Assembly (NCBI GenBank): GCA_011109175.1 | Contig: RDEW01000007.1 | Span: 619,712-683,711 of the forward strand | Source of the DNA: Dicyema japonicum | Lineage: Eukaryota > Animalia > Dicyemida | Reading direction: 5' to 3' | Length of the DNA stretch: 64,000 nt | Part shown: positions 1-11,040 of the stretch, piece after piece | Layout of the letters: each line of letters opens with the position of its first letter | Numbering within the stretch: position 1 is the stretch's first letter | The notes under the pieces: generated by a model | The model's database searches: none | Seen by the model: the letters and a program-made list of their open reading frames with translations, nothing else | Told to the model about the DNA's origin: nothing | Made by a program: the position numbers and the translations under genes

Positions 1-1
1 T

Positions 2-1342
2 AGTGATGACTGCGTCCGGAACATGTTTTTTTGGTACTTTCCTGCGATTGTAAAATCAAATATCATCAAAGAATGGAAATACTTCTGCCCCTCTTTTGGT
101 TTGGCTACAGGGAGGTCCCGGTACCTCTTCGATCTACGCCCTCTTTGTAGAAAACGGTCCCTACTATCTCGACCCAGATAATAATGAGTGTAACCACGTG
201 TTTTTTACCATTCCTAGTGAAAATCAGACCTATTGCGTGGACGAATGAGTTCAACGTTATTTATATTGACAATCCTGTAATGAATCGACTTATTCAAGGT
301 TGGATCGGGGTTCAGCTTTTCAACCTCTCCCGGTGGGTGCTATTTGAGTGACGAAGACACGGTTGGCTTTTACCTGTCGAGGTAAGCTCGTTTTGTCATA
401 CTAGGACCATGGAACAGTTTTATCAGATGTTCCCGACTTTGAGGCCCAACGAATTGTTCATCACTGGGGAGTCCTATGCTGGAAAATATATCCCAGCCAT
501 GGTGAACGCTATCGACCAATATAACAGAAATAACCCAACCCCAATGAATTTGGTGGGGATGGCCATTGGGGACGGTCTGTGTGACACGTATAATGTAAGT
601 TTTGAGAGATTTCATGGAAGATGATGAATTTGGGGACATATTTGAATAAAATAGGACTTATTTTCGATAATCAGATAGCCCGTTTCGACGAATTTAACAG
701 GTTAGGCCGGGAAAGCATCGAAGCTGGTGATTTCTACAAAGGAAGTTATGTATCACCGTTATATTACGTTTATAAGTATTTTGACCAAATATTTGAGCTC
801 TTTCAGAACCTCACGGGATTGACCGACGTGTATGACTACTATGCGGACAGAGTAGGGCAATTATGATTTTTAGGAACTTCCTTATGTGAATTACATTGAA
901 TTCGTCCAGAATAACTCCCAGAGGCTCAATGCGGGGAATCTCCCATTTTATGACTATTCTCCTCCGGCAAATTTGGCTCTTTATGCTGATATCGCCAAAT
1001 CAGTATCTCCCATCATTCAAAGACTTATCAATGCCGGATATAAGGTGAAAATGCTTAAATCAGATTTAGACCCTCTTCTTCTCCGGACAATTCGATGTGA
1101 TTGTTCCTTATCCTGCCACAACTGAATTTTTACGGAACCTCGATTGGAACGGAAAAGAAGACTTTGCGAATGCTCCCCAACAAATTTGGTACTCAACGAT
1201 TGGTCCTAAAAGAGTGAATGGATATTATAAATCTGCTGGAAACGTCATGCAATTAATCGTAAGGAATGCCGGTCACATGGTCCCCATGGATCAGCCTCAA
1301 GCCTCTCTTGACATGCTGAACCTATTTATCTACGGCTTTTAA
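2..1342 (+). CDS. Serine carboxypeptidase, family S10 (CPVL/vitellogenic carboxypeptidase-like), 5'-partial, 8 tiny introns
   Basis: Removing GT-AG introns 50-71, 190-217, 277-298, 382-404, 595-620, 750-776, 852-873 and 1045-1069 (22-28 nt) gives one open frame with NMFFWYFP, PLLVWLQGGPG, IYIDNPVGSGFS, catalytic GESYAG (Ser), GQFD (Asp) and NAGHMVP (His); stop TAA at 1340-1342. Confidence 0.93.
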
Positions 1343-1899
1343 ACTAACACGGACATTCTTTTTTTTCTAACCCAAATAAAGTGATTTCCTAGGAAAATAC
1401 GAGTCCCCAGCAATGGGTCATAGATGATTCGAACCGATGATCCCTTTTTACGAAAGTTCGCGTATCCGACGTTTTCTGAGTCCATTACGAAAAGTGACGA
1501 AAGGTTATATCCGTTTTGGGAGATGAGGACATAAAGTGTACTAGAGCTATACTCCACAAGAGCTTGTTAGCTTCCTGTCCTTCAACCAATTAACCATGGG
1601 CATTTCATCAGATTGGTAAATAAATTTTATCAAAAATTCCAATGATTACGAATTTTAATTATCAATGAAATATCACAAATATTTGTAGATTGCATCATCA
1701 AATATTTTTATGTCGGGATCACAGCAAAAACATCTCGGCCCTTTAGAGGTCTACCAGGATAACTTAATTAGATTACTTAGTTCAATTTTCGACGTGGTTC
1801 ACCTTCACGTGGTGAAAATTGGATGCCAACTAAAAGAACCACAGTTATCACCTGTCAATCTCACCGATCTCAGGACAGTCGGACCGGTCACAAAGCTTC

Positions 1900-2700
1900 G
1901 CAATGACGGTTATTGAGCGGTCACAAAGCTTTCGCTCCTAAAGAGAGGGTTGACTACTCCTAATCCTCGCTGTGGAAATTGAACAGAACCCCGGGCCCAC
2001 AAAATGGAAATTCCTCAACGTCATTCAATTTAACATGAACGGCCTTGCACACAAATCCACTGAACTTTTTGCCTTTCTCACCACCAAAAAATCGATATTG
2101 CCCTTTTACATGAACCGAAACTATCCAGAAAATCAAATCTTCCTTATTTCAAAGACTATTCAATTTTCAGTTGTGACAGACCTAATTCAACATGGGAGGC
2201 GGTATATTCACATTTAAACAAAATTCCATTCCATTCTGTGATACTTCTACTCGGACACACAAACTGATTGAAGGTAACGATCAATTGGACTTACTTCCAT
2301 TTTTGTCAAAATAAAAATATTCACATTCACCACTCAGTCATGTATGGAATAAAATTACCATAAACTGGCTAAATTGCAAACAATTAAAAATGTCATATTC
2401 TGTGGAGACCTAAGCGGAAGAGATCCACTTTTACTAACTGATCGAAGGGTAATGAGAGGGGGTTTCAAATCCTATCTCAACTTGAACAGCTAGTCATCCT
2501 CAATGCCAAAAAATCCCACATTCGACAGCTTCCAGAGCTGGACACTCAAATACTTTTCCAGACCTCTTTTTATGTTCGATATCCTGGAAAGTTATTCAGA
2601 TTCTTCATTCTCGCTTTTTCATTACGACGATTTAAGATTTTTTTATTGGACGTCTCCAGCGGGTTCTGTCCATGGCATGCTACTAGTCTTCTAGGTCGTC
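1900..2700 (+). mobile_element. 5' remnant of Ingi/Vingi-like non-LTR retrotransposon with 2A-like motif and APE endonuclease start
   Basis: 1954-2050 reads LLLILAVEIEQNPGP-TKWKFLNVIQFNMNGL (2A-like motif then APE first strand); the downstream sequence is frameshifted and decayed. Boundaries approximate. Confidence 0.7.
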
Positions 2701-2977
2701 TGTACATTCAAATTTCTTTACAATCCTATAAAAATTTTTGTTGAGAGATCAATTTCTCACTTTTGACCATTGAATGTTATCAGACTGCGATTCCCGTAAA
2801 AAAAGTCTCCGACATTTTTTTGTGTTGAGAGAGGGTGTTGTCTACTTCCCATAATTTTGAAGATCTGCTAAAGAGGAGACATATGGGTAGCTCTTACTCT
2901 TACTAAAGAATCCCAAAAATAGAGCGGTAAACTTTCACCGAGGTCAAGTGTCACATTAACATAAAAATTACTAATTA

Positions 2978-3414
2978 CCGTATTTGCCGGTGTTTTTCCA
3001 TCAAAAATCGACCCAAAAAATTGACCTCGATTTATACACCGAGTCATGAAATTCAACTTCGTATTCATTGCTTCAAATGTGATGGTAATTACTACACTCT
3101 TCACAAAAAGTTATTAGCCAGTAACGACCTTATCTGGGAAGAGGAGGAAAATGAGGGTAAAGAAGACCAAGAAGATGCCCTTTATGACGACAGACTAAGC
3201 GAAAATGAACGGAACGAGCTTTTTGGAAATAGTGACGATGAAGACGGATTTTGAACTCAGTAAGGACTTTATAATTCTAATTTATTGCTAATGTTTTGTC
3301 CATATCATTTTTAATAAAAAAAAATCAAATTAAAAAAAGTTTAAGATAATGAAACATCATAAAATCGTAAATTCGTCGAATTTTAGGGGTCGACTTATAA
3401 ACGGGCAAATACGG
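2978..3414 (+). mobile_element. Internally deleted pogo/Tigger-like DNA transposon (437 bp)
   Basis: TIRs CCGTATTTGCC at 2978 and GGCAAATACGG ending 3414, flanked by TA on both sides (2976-2977, 3415-3416). It retains an acidic transposase-like C-terminus (ERNELFGNSDDEDGF*) and AATAAA. Confidence 0.8.
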
Positions 3415-3479
3415 TATCAATTTTTTGGCTGTGACGTGTCTCATTGCACAAATGTCTAATAAGCGTTTGAGACTTCAAA

Positions 3480-3770
3480 AGGAACTAACCCTTCTTACCT
3501 TCAACACCAGAGGAGTTAAAGATTTGACGAAGAGACGCACTGAATCGAGACGCACTTATGTTTGTGCATTCAAAATATGGCTAATCGGTATGCTGCCTCC
3601 AGGAAACTAAGATGCAGATGGATCGAACGAGGAGCATGGAAAAATGTGTTAATGTTGCCTCCTTCGGATTTGAGACACTATGGTCAGGATTTGCAATACA
3701 CAAGGATATTATCCCATGTTTGTAAAGGTACTGGAAAGTTAACAACAGGATCTGTGTATTGGATTTAAAA
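3480..3770 (+). mobile_element. Collapsed non-LTR (RTE-like) remnant
   Basis: APE start LLTFNTRGVKDLTKRR followed shortly by ERGAWKNV, resembling the RTE C-terminal NRGAWRKLV motif seen in other copies here. Confidence 0.45.
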
Positions 3771-3787
3771 ATGGATCTCAATAAAGA

Positions 3788-3843
3788 GTTGAGGAGACTT
3801 AGTATGATCATAAATATGTATGATCATACTAAGTCTCCTCAAC
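3788..3843. repeat. Perfect 25-bp inverted repeat, 6-nt loop
   Basis: GTTGAGGAGACTTAGTATGATCATA (3788-3812), AATATG, TATGATCATACTAAGTCTCCTCAAC (3819-3843). Confidence 0.97.
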
Positions 3844-3851
3844 CCACACAG

Positions 3852-4135
3852 TAGGGTGATTTTTGTCAAAGTCAAAATTTTACATGCTTTTTAAAATTGT
3901 TTAAAACTTAACAAAATGTAGTTTTTAGTCAAAAATATTATATTAATCAAAAGTTATAAAGTCAAGAGAGTCAAAATTTGGGTAATGTCAAAAGGTCAAA
4001 ATTTTTATTGATTTTTATTTTTTATTTTTCGAGTTTTGAAATAAAAGTGAAATACTAGCGTGGGAGCAATTATCATCATTCATTATGTTGCCGCGTTCAA
4101 TCAATAATGACATGAAAAGATTTACTCAGTTATGT
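3852..4135 (+). mobile_element. Left arm of AT-rich non-autonomous DNA element family (TAGGG-terminated, GTCAAA-rich)
   Basis: Starts TAGGGTGATTTTT, with multiple GTCAAA motifs; homologous to the reverse complement of about 15470-15640 and to 8605-8660. Confidence 0.6.
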
Positions 4136-4380
4136 GCTTTAACTAACTATAATAATAATAACAGCCTTTTTCACGGAGCCGTGGAATTAGCTCCGCATAG
4201 GCAGGACACACACTTTATTTAAGTAAAGAACAGTTAATTTTAACTAATCGTAGAACCAAGGAATGATCTTCACTTCTATTTTCTTTTTCTTGTGTGGGTC
4301 CTTTCTAGACAATCCAGTTGTAACTGAAAAAAGCAATTTTTATTGAATCACGTAGATCGTCTGAGAAGCATATCAAATTA

Positions 4381-4560
4381 CACTCAATTCCCTTAAATGT
4401 TGACCCAATTCCAAAATGTGACCCAATTCCCATAATGTTGACCCAATTTCATTAATGTGACCCAATTCCCATAAAAGTTGACCCAATTCCATTAATGTTG
4501 ACCCAATTCCCATTAATGTTGACCCAATTTCATAAATGTTGACCCAATTCCCATAAATGA
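4381..4560 (+). repeat. Tandem array of ~19-21-nt unit ATG(T)TGACCCAATT(C)CCAT(A/T)A in the left end of the Tc1 element
   Basis: GACCCAATT at 4402, 4420, 4440, 4459, 4480, 4500, 4521 and 4541, plus a degenerate copy at 4381. Confidence 0.95.
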
Positions 4561-5698
4561 TGTCCAAGTTATATATATAATACACGAATAAATCTATATT
4601 TTAATTTCCCCTATTATGGTATCAACTAATACAGATATGAGAAGTCGCAAGGTTTTTATGAACGAAAGTCTATTTAATTAAATTAAAAGACTTTACAAAG
4701 TTAAAACAAAAAAAGAGTTGATTGAGATCACCTCGATCAGCAAAAAGAGTTTGAACAGGTGTATTCAAAAAATCGAAAGCTGTGAACTCGAGGATCCTAC
4801 TTTCCGGTGATCTTTACAAGAAAGTAGGCCGAAAAAAGAAAAATAAAGAAATGTTGAATGTCGAAATGAGATCTATTTTTGGAAATGACAACTCGCTGAC
4901 ACAAGTTGGTCTTCAAGAAAAACTTTCAGTGAATCTTTCTAAGTCTCAAATTTCAAGGAATTTAAAGGAGGCCTGCATCACAAGAAAAAGACTCAAGAAA
5001 AGGTCCGAAGTTAGATTGAGTACAGAAAATTTGGCAGAAAGGGGAGTATTTTCATCAAGAATGTTAGGGTTTAGAAATCGGCCGTTATTATTTTTGGATG
5101 AAACCGGGTTTAATTTGCATACATCAATTAATTATGGGTATTCTCCAATTAATACTGAAGCAGTTTTATACCAGCCTAAGTCCAAAGGGAGAAACATCTC
5201 AATGTGTTCGGTTATTTCCATAAATGGAAATGAGCATAATATGATATTCGAGGGGTCTTTTAATCGGGAATCATTTTTAACCTTTCTAAATCAATGTGAT
5301 GAAAAGGGGATATTTACAAATTCTCCTGTTGTTGTGATGGATAATGTTAGATTTCATCATTGTGATGAAATTAAAGACTTCTTTATTAGGAAAAGTGTTA
5401 CAAATGTTATTTACTCCTTATTCACCTGACCTAAACCCAATTGAAAACTTTTTTTCTTGTGTGAAATCTCGCCTAAATGTAATTAGACCAAAAGCAACTG
5501 TAAGAGGAGAATTGCTAAAAATATCGATTTGTTATGAGTGTTCTCGAAACCGAGAATTTGTCCTCATTTTATAACAGATTTTGGGAAAAAGTAATTGGAA
5601 TTAATAACAGATTAATTGAATAAAATACTTTTTTCCTAAATTATTTTCTTAGTATATAACTTGGACATCACATATGGGAATTGGGTCATCATTTATGG
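4381..5698 (+). mobile_element. Tc1/IS630-like DDE transposon, inactivated
   Basis: Transposase from ATG 4637 has an in-frame TAA and two frameshifts; catalytic motifs LFLDETGFN, VVVMDNVRFHH and YSPDLNPIE. Inverted ends GACCCAATTCCCATA..TGATGTCCAAGTTATATA (4541-4575) match 5653-5698; the right end is followed by TA. Confidence 0.9.
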
Positions 5699-6137
5699 TA
5701 CTCCTCAAGGGGACTAACTCTCACCCTTGATCTTTGTCATATATTTGGATACCGTTCTACGTGATTTTCGAAAATTTAATGAACTTAAACATAGAAGGAT
5801 CCAGTTATGCTGATGACGTCTTCAATCGAAAGATGGATCAGCCCTTATAGCCTATTGGAAGTAGCTCACAATGAACTCAAAAATGGTACCTAACCATGAA
5901 TGTCCGCAAAACGGAAACAGTAAACATCAGAATAGAAAGAAGATCGGCTGAACAATGGAGAAAAACCAATAAGTTTAGATCCTCAACTGAGGACAATGTT
6001 CGATTAGCCAAGGAAGCCAAGGAAAATAAGCAGGAAAGCTTTATATAATGTCTACGGCACTGGTCCTCTGAGTCTCGAAATCACTAATTTGAGATGGAGG
6101 CTATTCGGACATATGCTGAGATTGAAATGGATATCCT
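5699..6137 (+). mobile_element. RTE reverse-transcriptase fragment, close paralog of 7961-8395
   Basis: TACTCCTCAAGGGGACTAACTCTCACCCTTGATCTTTG... is nearly identical over ~440 bp to the copy at 7961; contains the YADD motif. Confidence 0.85.
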
Positions 6138-6419
6138 ATTAGTTCTGATATATTATTTTTTTAAATATATTTATTTATTATAATGAAAAACCAAAAATTA
6201 AAAAAATTATTTAATCACTACCCTTTAATTTTGGCGTGAGCTAATTCCAGAGGATTGACACCTTTTTTGGATACAATTTTTGATTTGCTGGGCTCAGCTA
6301 TTCGTGTAGTTCTGACTTTTATTAAAGCGGATAAATGTTCATCAGTGAGTCTTATTCTTTGAGCAGTTTTTGTCAATTTCNCAGAAAATATTTTTAGTAT
6401 CTTGTTGTCATTGTCTTCT

Positions 6420-6904
6420 GCGGCTAACTCTTCGATTACCTGTCAGATAATTGACGATGTTCTAAGGAATTTTGCGAGACGCGGTAGAACACATTCAGAA
6501 ATTTCATTTCGGGGACAATTTATGTGAAATCGGGAAGTACTGAAATCGAGATTGTCTGTCAATCAAGTACATTTTATTACAAAAATGGAAAAACAACATA
6601 TTTCTCCATTTGTATACAACTATCTGAGAAAGTGTCCTTCAACATAATTATTTATTGAGAAAAATTTTTCTTTATTGGAAAAATTACTATCTAAAGACCG
6701 AAATTTTAAAACCGAAAAAGTTTTGAATTACATTATTCTGTATTTTAATAAAGATTTTGATTAGTTTTTTATATTAAAAAAATTTTTTTGTAGATAAATT
6801 TATCATAAAGTCAAAAAAGGTCAACATTTGGAAATTTTAACGTCTTAAAGTCAATTTTTAAGTCAAAATTTCCGATTTATAAAGTCAAAATAAAATTCGC
6901 CCTA
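6420..6904 (+). mobile_element. Right arm of the AT-rich TAGGG/GTCAAA element family
   Basis: Ends AAAATTCGCCCTA (6892-6904), the inverse of TAGGG(T/C)GA(T/A)TTTT; homologous to 8660-9290 and to the reverse complement of 14911-15240. Confidence 0.6.
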
Positions 6905-6909
6905 GTTAT

Positions 6910-8560
6910 AAGTAATCCGGGAGAACTTGATCAGTTCTACGATGAATTGGAGAGGACAATAACGGAACTTCAAAATTCACATCAACTTCTCATTGCTAGA
7001 GACTGGAATGCGAAGGTAGGAGTCAGAAAAGAAGACAAGGCCTTTATCGGTCTGCATGGAAAAGGAATCAACCACTTCCCTGTATCGATATTGGCCAATT
7101 TCTGCTGCATTTAGTCTTCTTTTATGCAACACTTGCTTTCAACACCACGTTCGTCATAAAATACGTGGATTGGAAGAAGAACTTGTTCCGCGGGCAAAAT
7201 AATCAACATCTTTAATCAAATGGACTATATGCCGCTCAGAAACAAACGACTTCTATTATCTTGGAGGAGCGGAGACTAACAGTGACTACAAGATAGTCTC
7301 CGCTCGCTTTCTTATGAAAACTCCAAAACTGAACAGCTATGCGCATTTGCACAGAAAAGGGAAATTATCAAATTTCCATTTAGACCATCGAAAACATTGA
7401 TAAAGAAGTCCACCTTGAGGGATTTGGAGTGCCATTAAAGATGGAATCTTCTGACGTGATGTCAGTGAGTCAAGCACTACACAAAGACAAAACTTGCCAC
7501 GATGTATCAAAACTAATAAAAAAACAGAGTTGAGACTACTCTTAGAAGACACACTGGATAACGAGAATGCCTGACTAATAAAGTCCAAACGGGCGTCTCT
7601 TCAGAACAGAATAAAGAGACTCAACAGGAAATACGACATAAACCGTGGAAAACAAAAATTGCTAAACTAGAAAAATCGAAAAGCCCTACTAGAATGTACA
7701 ATGGAATACATAGCGGCCTACTTTGAAAACCTCATAATTCTCACGGAGAAACATACGATTATGTACATGGACACTCCACTCAATCAGAAAAATCGATTAT
7801 CTTTGAGGAAGTTGTGAGGTAATGGCTCACAGTGTGTCTACTAGTGATAACCATCGAAGGATTTCTCTGAATCTGTGAAATGATGAGTTCTCCTATCAAA
7901 CACGAAGTTAAGAGTTCAAATTGGCAAAACTACGTCAAGAGAATTCCGGCATAATGTGGGTACTCCTCAAGGGGACTAACTCTCACCCTTGATCTTTGTC
8001 ATATATTTGGAAACGGTTCTTCGAAGATTTTATGAACTTAAACATAGAAGGATCCATTTATGCTGATGACGACTTCAATCGAAAGATGGATCATCCCTTA
8101 TAGCCTATTGGAAGTAGCTCCCAATGAACTCAAAAATGATACCTAACCATGAATGTCCGCAAAACGGAAATAGTGAACATCAGAATGGAAAGAAGATCGG
8201 CTGAACAATAGAGAAAGACCAATAAGTTTGGATCCTCAGCTGAGGACAATGCTCGGTTAGCCAAGGAAGCCAAGGAAAATAAACAGGAACGTCTTATATA
8301 ATGTCTACGCCACTGGTCCTTTGAGTCTCGAGATCACTGATTTGAGATGGAGGCTATTCGGACATATACTGAGATTGAAATGGATATCCTAGCTAATATA
8401 GCGATCATAGTTCTGTGGAAGCCCGCGAATCACACTTCCTGGGGTACTAGATTTGATCTCAAGTATGCCAAAAGGGCAATAGAATTTGGAGAACATATGG
8501 ACGACTTGAGAGAGGTTGCGCATGACAGCTGAACGTGGACTTAATTAGTTAGTTTGATAG
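6910..8560 (+). mobile_element. Decayed RTE-clade non-LTR retrotransposon (APE C-terminus, RT, 3' end)
   Basis: DQFYDELERTI...RDWNAKVG (APE), VGTPQGD and YADD (RT), 3' end DDLREVAHDS* with a TTAG-type tail; many stops and deletions. Confidence 0.85.
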
Positions 8561-8604
8561 TTTCTATTTCGCATGTGTGAAGCTACAACAGTTATAGTTT
8601 TACG

Positions 8605-9370
8605 CAAGTTGCTCCAATAATAGTCAAAAAAGTTAAAATTCTGGGCAATGTCAAAATTTGTCAAAATTAAATTATCTGACAGATAATTGACGACGTGCTA
8701 AGGGATTCTGCTATAGATCGCTGTTATTTTCTACAAGATACGAAGAGAAAATTTTGTTGAATTCGGGTATCCACCAGAAGTTATTCTGACAAAAGGGGGA
8801 AGTTGGATAGAAACTGCGTTACTAGCTACTATTTATGCCAGTCTCATCCATGATCCCCTTTTTTTCTCAAGTTCTCTTAGTTTATCGAGATCGTCGGCCG
8901 TTTTTAGTTTTTTTAAGTAATTCACAATAGAGGATGCTGTTGAACACATAGGAAACTGTATTTAGGTGACGTTTGTGGGAAATAGAAGAAGTATCTGGAG
9001 TCGAGATTTATCAATAAGGTTCTTTCTATCACAAAAATAGAAAAACAACATTTTTTCACAGATAGCTCTGAAAAAGTGCCTACTACACCATTGCCTGTTT
9101 TAGAGAAGTTTTTCTTATTGGGAATCTCTCTAAAGACAAATTTTAACCCGAAAACATTTTGAATTACATTATTCTATATTTTAATAAAGATTTTGATTAG
9201 TTTTTATAGTAAAATTTTTTTTGTAGATAAATTCGTCATAAAGTCAAAATAGGTCAGAATTTTGGATTTATAAAGTCAAAAAATTGCTCTAATTATGGCA
9301 TTGTTGCTGATAGTGCGATAAATTATTGACAGGGAAAAATTTTTTCATGGTGGTAATACAAAAAAAGTCG
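8605..9370 (+). mobile_element. Copy of the AT-rich TAGGG/GTCAAA element family
   Basis: Shares GATAATTGACGA..CTAAGG and TTTTGAATTACATTATTCT..ATTTTAATAAAGATTTTGATTAG blocks with 6440-6880. Confidence 0.6.
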
Positions 9371-9891
9371 AGGAACACTTATTAGAAAATCACTAAATTT
9401 ACCAAAACCAAAGAGTTGTGATTAGTCGATGAAGAATAGGCTGAATAAGCTAGAAGAACGGTTGAAGCTAGTAAAGACTATCAGGAATTAGACAGGGAAG
9501 TAGAAATTTGCTGAAAAACATTGAATACTCGTTGTTCATGTGGATTTAAAATGGGGATCAAGGAAGAGCTTTAGAAATAAAGTAAAGTTTTTTTACAGAA
9601 ATGCTATGGGGATCAAAAATGTGATTAAAATTTCACATGGAAAAAGTGGACAAGTAAAAAAAACTTGGAGAAAATGAAAGTAGCTTCTCATTGAATAGGA
9701 GTGTGAAGGGATCAGAGAACCCATACACCGATTTTAGCAAATCCATTCTTGACAATCTTAAAAGTCTCTAAGGCAAGTGGGTGTAAAAACATATGTGGTG
9801 ACTCTATTGGATATTAAGAGATGTTAACAATTGCAATCAATGTATCAACCAACAGAATCCCCACTGGTTGAGGGACAGCATAGCCTTAAAC

Positions 9892-10794
9892 CAGGGGTGT
9901 CAAACTCATTTCGCTTCGCATTTATAATAATTTTTCATAAAGGGAAGATTAGTTCAGATATATTATTTTTTTAAAAAATATATTTATTTATTATAATGAA
10001 AAACCAAAAATAAAAAAAATTATTTAATCACCTCATGAGCCAATTTTCTCCACTCTCCCCGATCCGTCGCAAATTCGAGTAGCCTCGATATAGGCATTCC
10101 CGTGACGTCTTCTACCGTGGATAGCCGCCGAGTCCTCGGTCGACCAGGTCTTTTCTTCCCAGTAATAATGCTTAGCATAATGGCTCTTTCTAGGGAATCA
10201 GAGCGGACAATATCCCCTAGAACGCCAATCTGTGTTTTACGATTCTTCATTCTAGCGAAATGTCCGTCTCCACCCGTTTAAGTACATCGAACCAAACAGC
10301 AATGATTTTTGTAATCTGTTCGGTGACAGTGTTTCTGGTTAATGAAATATCTTTAAACAGGTGGGCGTTGTATGGACAAATATTTTTTGCTGTTTTTACG
10401 AGGCATTGTTTGGTGAAATCACCATCGAAATATGATTTTCCATTCATTGCAAGCATTCTGCTGGTTTCATACCTTGCAGTACTTCGATTATGATTTTTGT
10501 GAAATGCGTCTGTAATTGGACATAGCGATAAACTGGTTGCATATCAAACAATGTATTTTTCCATCAACCATTGTCCAAAAATAGACAAGTTCTCAATTAT
10601 TTTGAAACACTCTCCGTTCATTGTTCAAACACCGTCCCTTAGTTCCAGAAGAGGCACGTGACATTGACAAATAAGATTTACAAATACTGAAAAAAAATTA
10701 ATTAAATTTAAAAAATAACAAAATGATTTTTTTGTGTTTTATAACAATTAAATCTTATCCTTGTAAAGGTCCGCATGCGTGTTTGACACTCCTG
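9892..10794 (-). mobile_element. hAT (Charlie/SPIN, GTF2IRD2-like) transposon, internally deleted, with 8-bp TSD
   Basis: TIRs CAGGGGTGTCAAAC (9892) and GTTTGACACTCCTG (ends 10794); TSD CCTTAAAC at 9884-9891 and 10795-10802. Minus-strand remnant KSYFDGDFTKQCLVKTAKNICP..FKDISLTRNTV and IVCLICNQ. Confidence 0.9.
10030..10250 (-). mobile_element. RTE 3'-end fragment nested in the hAT element
   Basis: SLERAIMLSIITGKKRPGRPRTR...ATDRGEWRKL is the typical RTE C-terminus. Confidence 0.8.
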
Positions 10795-10961
10795 CCTTAA
10801 ACAATCCAAATGGAGTACTTTTTCAAACATTTGCTATATTCTTGATTTTTTTGTGTTTTATAACAATTAAATCTTATTCTTGTAAAAGTCCGCATGCGTG
10901 TTTGACACTCCTGCCTTAAACAATCCAAATGGAGTACTTTTTCAAACATTTGCTATATTCT
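10724..10961. repeat. ~119-bp tandem duplication spanning the hAT right TIR, TSD and flank
   Basis: 10724-10842 and 10843-10961 are identical except two substitutions and a T-run length difference. Confidence 0.92.
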
Positions 10962-11040
10962 AACACATTTTACTAAAAAACCACGTGACCTACTCAGCAA
11001 ACTAATTGAAGGAAAACAAATAAAAAGAAGTATTTAAAAG

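Noticed and set aside
4381-4560. CRISPR-like array
   Set aside because: Head-to-tail repeats without unique spacers, part of a Tc1 end, in a eukaryotic genome. The overlapping 70-aa ORF 4373-4585 is a repeat artefact.
9400-9830. Possible CR1/L2 RT 3' remnant
   Set aside because: Too degraded to assign a family or boundaries.
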